Origin: Carcharhinus amblyrhynchos
Lineage: Eukaryota
Direction: 5' to 3'
Assembly (NCBI GenBank): GCA_965287045.1
Contig: OZ336886.1
Location: 24,118,001 to 24,182,000 of the forward strand
DNA: 64,000 nt
Position 1 is the stretch's first letter. Every line of letters starts with the position of its first letter. The translations under genes were made by a program, and so were the position numbers. The notes beneath the pieces were generated by a model that was not told the DNA's origin, ran no database searches, and was given only the letters and a program-made list of their open reading frames with translations. Positions 61,961 through 64,000 of this stretch are shown here, piece after piece.

Positions 61961-63971
61961 GATGGACAGTGACAACACTCTGGTCGGTTTTGGAAAAAAA
62001 TAAGCCAACAACAACAGCAGCAGAGACAACTTGGCTCAAATGCTGATATATCAGGGTCAGTTGCAGGTAGTAAGAATAGAGCTTCAGTATCCCCATGCAC
62101 AAGTTTAATGTGATTGTAGAACAGTGAAATAGTCCAAAGGTAAACGACCAATTTTGCTGAAACTAGTTGAAAGATTTGCATATGCAATCGACAAAATAAG
62201 TATCTCAGCCATCATCTATCTACAAACCATTTTTTTCCCCTTTTACAATTAAATATTTAAAATCAGATTTTGCAAAATGTGCACTTCAGCACATGTAGCA
62301 TTATTAACTCTGATAAACCTAAAGAATGGGATGAAGGAAGAAATTGAATGAAACTGCAGTAACGATAAGATTTCTACAATAATCTCACCTTACATATGCA
62401 ACAGAGGTCATTCACCAACTCACAGTATGGGGCTATGTCCTTACTTGTCTTTTACCCCATCTGGTAAATTTCAACAACAAAAAATTTTCCAGTTCAGTAT
62501 GCATCGTCGTTATAACGCTAGATTCCCTATGGATTTCCAGAATCCTTTACAGAAGACTGTTGAAGATTTATTACACAGGAACATCGAGCATGGTTTTAAT
62601 ATACTTCTCATTTGAATCAAATTGACACATTTTACATTCTTTTAAACATAATGAAATTCCCTTACAACACATCATATTATAAATGACCTCACCATTTGGA
62701 TTTATGTTATAGGTCCAGCCTATAATTCAACACTCAGTGGCAAATATTTTAGTTTTTTTAAAAGTTTTAAAAGAGAAAGGGATTAAGTCTGTTATGGCTC
62801 CCCAAACACTGGCTCCACAGACATTCCCAAATTTAAACTAAACGTGAAGTCGAAATGCATGGGTGGCAAGAATGTGATGACATAGGTGCTGACATAAATC
62901 ATAAATATATGAACTTTGTTTATTAGACTAAAATAATATTTCTCAAATACTTTTACGCAAAGATTATGACCAAATGTGGCAGCTGCATTATTTCCCAATC
63001 TTCAGGTAGCTTTACGGGCTTTAAGAATTTTGGAAGGGTCTGCACAACAAATAGCAGTTTGTTAAAAGCTATGATAACTAATTGAGCTTATCTTGTTCAT
63101 CTTTAAGGTGTTGTTCACTTCCCAGTAATTGCTTGTAATTTTTTCCTAATTCTGAATCCTGTAATTTGGCATACTAGTAAATTAGTATGTCATAATGAAT
63201 GTAAATGAATTAGTGGTTTTTGATGAACTGATTCTGTGGCATTTGTGAATGTGTATTTTGCATAGGAATCTTAAACTCATTTAGCATAAATTATGCTGTG
63301 CTATACAAACAAGAAGACAAGGTGAAGGGCTATTAGGAGTATCCTATTCCTTTAATTTAATAATGGTCAGAGGCGGGGTTTTAACAAAAGAGGGGCTATA
63401 TTTTCTGGTGAGCCAGCATTTATTGGTTCATATCTCATACAATAATGATAATGCTACCACAGCCCACCATCTCCATTAAGTTATAAAATAGTAACCACCG
63501 TGGGGATCAAAAAAGGTAGCCTTATTTTTAGGTGCCGTTAATGATAGATTCTTCTGTCAAAATACTTTATCCAATAGATATGATCAAAGAAAATGCCCTG
63601 CTTAAAATATCCTCTTGATGTAACCATGATGAAGCCGGTCCTTTTAGGTCCTATCAGGAACATACAGCTACATTTTAACATAAGATGCTAGAATGTTATG
63701 CATATAGTTTCCTTCATAGCCAGCTTTCCCCAACCTCCTCTGGGGCATTAGGTGGCACACGAGAGAAACCTGCTTTTCCATGACAAGTGAGGAAAATTGA
63801 AGGGTGAGGAGGTGCAAACAGCTGGTTCTCATTTTCTTGCCTACTGAAAACCAGTTATCTAGCAGCATTGGCAGAGGCCTCAGAACAGTTCAACTGCCTG
63901 TCTAGACAAGGGAATAGTTGGTGGTGGAGGAAGGCCTGATGAGGAAATCAGTAACAAAAAAAAGAGAATAC

Positions 63972-64000
63972 GATGTGTGGGTTAAATTGATTGGCCATGG
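63972..64000 (+). mobile_element. HE1 fragment cut by the window edge
   Basis: gatgtgtgggttaaattgattggccatg. Confidence 0.55.

Overview
Non-coding vertebrate DNA, almost certainly from an elasmobranch (shark). The repeat content is diagnostic: HE1 V-SINEs sharing CR1/HER1 tails, DeuSINE/SacSINE1-like SINEs, CR1, L2 and Rex1 LINE fragments, Penelope-type pLTR fragments with minimal hammerhead-ribozyme cores, and many PIF/Harbinger-type MITEs and fossils. I found no intact protein-coding gene or convincing spliced exon. The supplied ORFs are chance ORFs or transposon relics (Harbinger transposase and Myb/SANT, Gypsy RT, CR1-group ORF2). Several multi-kb repeat-poor, motif-rich stretches look like conserved non-coding elements of a gene desert or large intron. 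The most notable observations are: an LF-SINE-like element in a shark; short TSD-flanked Penelope insertions that mostly begin at the hammerhead core, one as a head-to-head ribozyme palindrome; a near-perfect 125-bp inverted templated insertion inside a SINE; a tandem array built from a SINE 5' junction; and multi-layer TE nesting. Family assignments rest on my recall of consensus motifs, not on database searches, and boundaries of old repeats are approximate. I see no evidence for a novel multi-gene system.
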